A DNA stretch of 43,599 nt. Origin: an uncultured Nitrososphaeraceae archaeon. Lineage in GTDB: Archaea; Thermoproteota; Nitrososphaeria; Nitrososphaerales; Nitrososphaeraceae. Where the stretch lies: assembly GCA_963765895.1 (NCBI GenBank), contig CAVXZB010000056.1:1-43599 (forward strand), given 5' to 3'. This document shows, piece after piece, positions 42,875 to 43,599 of the stretch. The position numbers were made by a program, and so were the translations under genes. The notes under the pieces are model-generated. The model made no database searches. It had not been told where the DNA came from and saw only the letters and a list, made by a program, of their open reading frames with translations. Positions within the stretch are counted from its first letter, which is position 1; every line of letters begins with the position of its first letter.

Positions 42875-43594
42875 TCATAAAATATTCCTACGTTTCATAA
42901 TTTTAATAACATCTTCGTCGGTAACTGGGTTAAATTCCTGATAATATTGACCAACTGATCTGAAGACGGAATTCGAAGGGGAAAGGATTACAACAACATG
43001 ATCTGATTCTTTCTTTAAAGAAGAAACGATATCTTTTGGTGCAATAGGGGTAGCAATTATTATTCGTCTTGGATGAAAATTTTTATTTTTTATCCATCTT
43101 GTTGCAGCTATCAGTGTTGCACCTGTTGCAGCTCCATAATCTGTCAAGATTACAGTTTTAGTATTATTTATGGTATCAAAAACCAAATTAGACTTCTCAT
43201 CTTTCTTATTTAGATATAGTAAACGTCTGCGTTTAGCCTCATTGATCTGTTCGGATTTTACTTGAGCTATGTAATCTGATGAAATTTTCAATGTCATAAT
43301 AATATTTTCATTCATATATGCTGTGCCGTCTTCCATTACCGCGCCTATTCCTAGTTCTTGGTTATGGGGCGCTCCTAATTTCCTTGGAATTAGAATATCA
43401 AAACATGTTTTAAGCTTTTTAGAAATAATATCTGCAGTTACTACTCCACCCCTTGGAATACCTAAAACAACTACTTCTTTGCTTGTTATCTCTTCATTTT
43501 TTATTACATCCTTTAGAGATTCGGCCAACAGATTTGCGGCCCATTCTCTGTTCTTAAATCTTAACTGAACCTTATTTAATATTGATTCGAACAA
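42875..43594 (-). CDS. Phosphoribosyltransferase family protein
   Basis: FKNREWAA, VLGIPRGG, RKLGAPHNQELGIGA, LTDYGAATGAT (PRPP loop with D->Y) and VGQYYQEF; start is near the window edge. Confidence 0.88.
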   Translation of the reverse strand: MFESILNKVQLRFKNREWAANLLAESLKDVIKNEEITSKEVVVLGIPRGGVVTADIISKKLKTCFDILIPRKLGAPHNQELGIGAVMEDGTAYMNENIIMTLKISSDYIAQVKSEQINEAKRRRLLYLNKKDEKSNLVFDTINNTKTVILTDYGAATGATLIAATRWIKNKNFHPRRIIIATPIAPKDIVSSLKKESDHVVVILSPSNSVFRSVGQYYQEFNPVTDEDVIKIMKRRNIL

Positions 43595-43599
43595 TTTAG

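Overview
AT-rich, low-coding-density archaeal DNA. Gene content and protein style (PolB2 plus its small partner, PriX-like and tyrosine-integrase remnants, a DUF6659-like protein, secreted gamma-carbonic anhydrase, Asn/Ser-run insertions) point to a soil ammonia-oxidising archaeon (Nitrososphaeraceae); this is inferred, not proven. The region is heavily eroded: about 20 genes carry frameshifts, nonsense codons or truncations. The long genes are intact: an acyl-CoA synthetase, a DinG/XPD helicase, an SplB-like radical SAM enzyme, PolB2 and ArsM. Most notable: (1) a dispersed non-coding repeat family with covarying hairpins (5520-5700, 6600-6693, 6897-6990, 14308-14565), two copies of which bracket a hydrolase gene like a cassette; (2) a virus-like insert of tiny ORFs, several with Shine-Dalgarno-like motifs (380-2357); (3) a scattered DNA-damage/mutagenesis gene set around PolB2; (4) a tandem HiPIP-like protein; (5) two iteron-like inverted-repeat arrays. 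No rRNA, intact tRNA or CRISPR array was seen. All family assignments are by eye from motifs; no searches were run.
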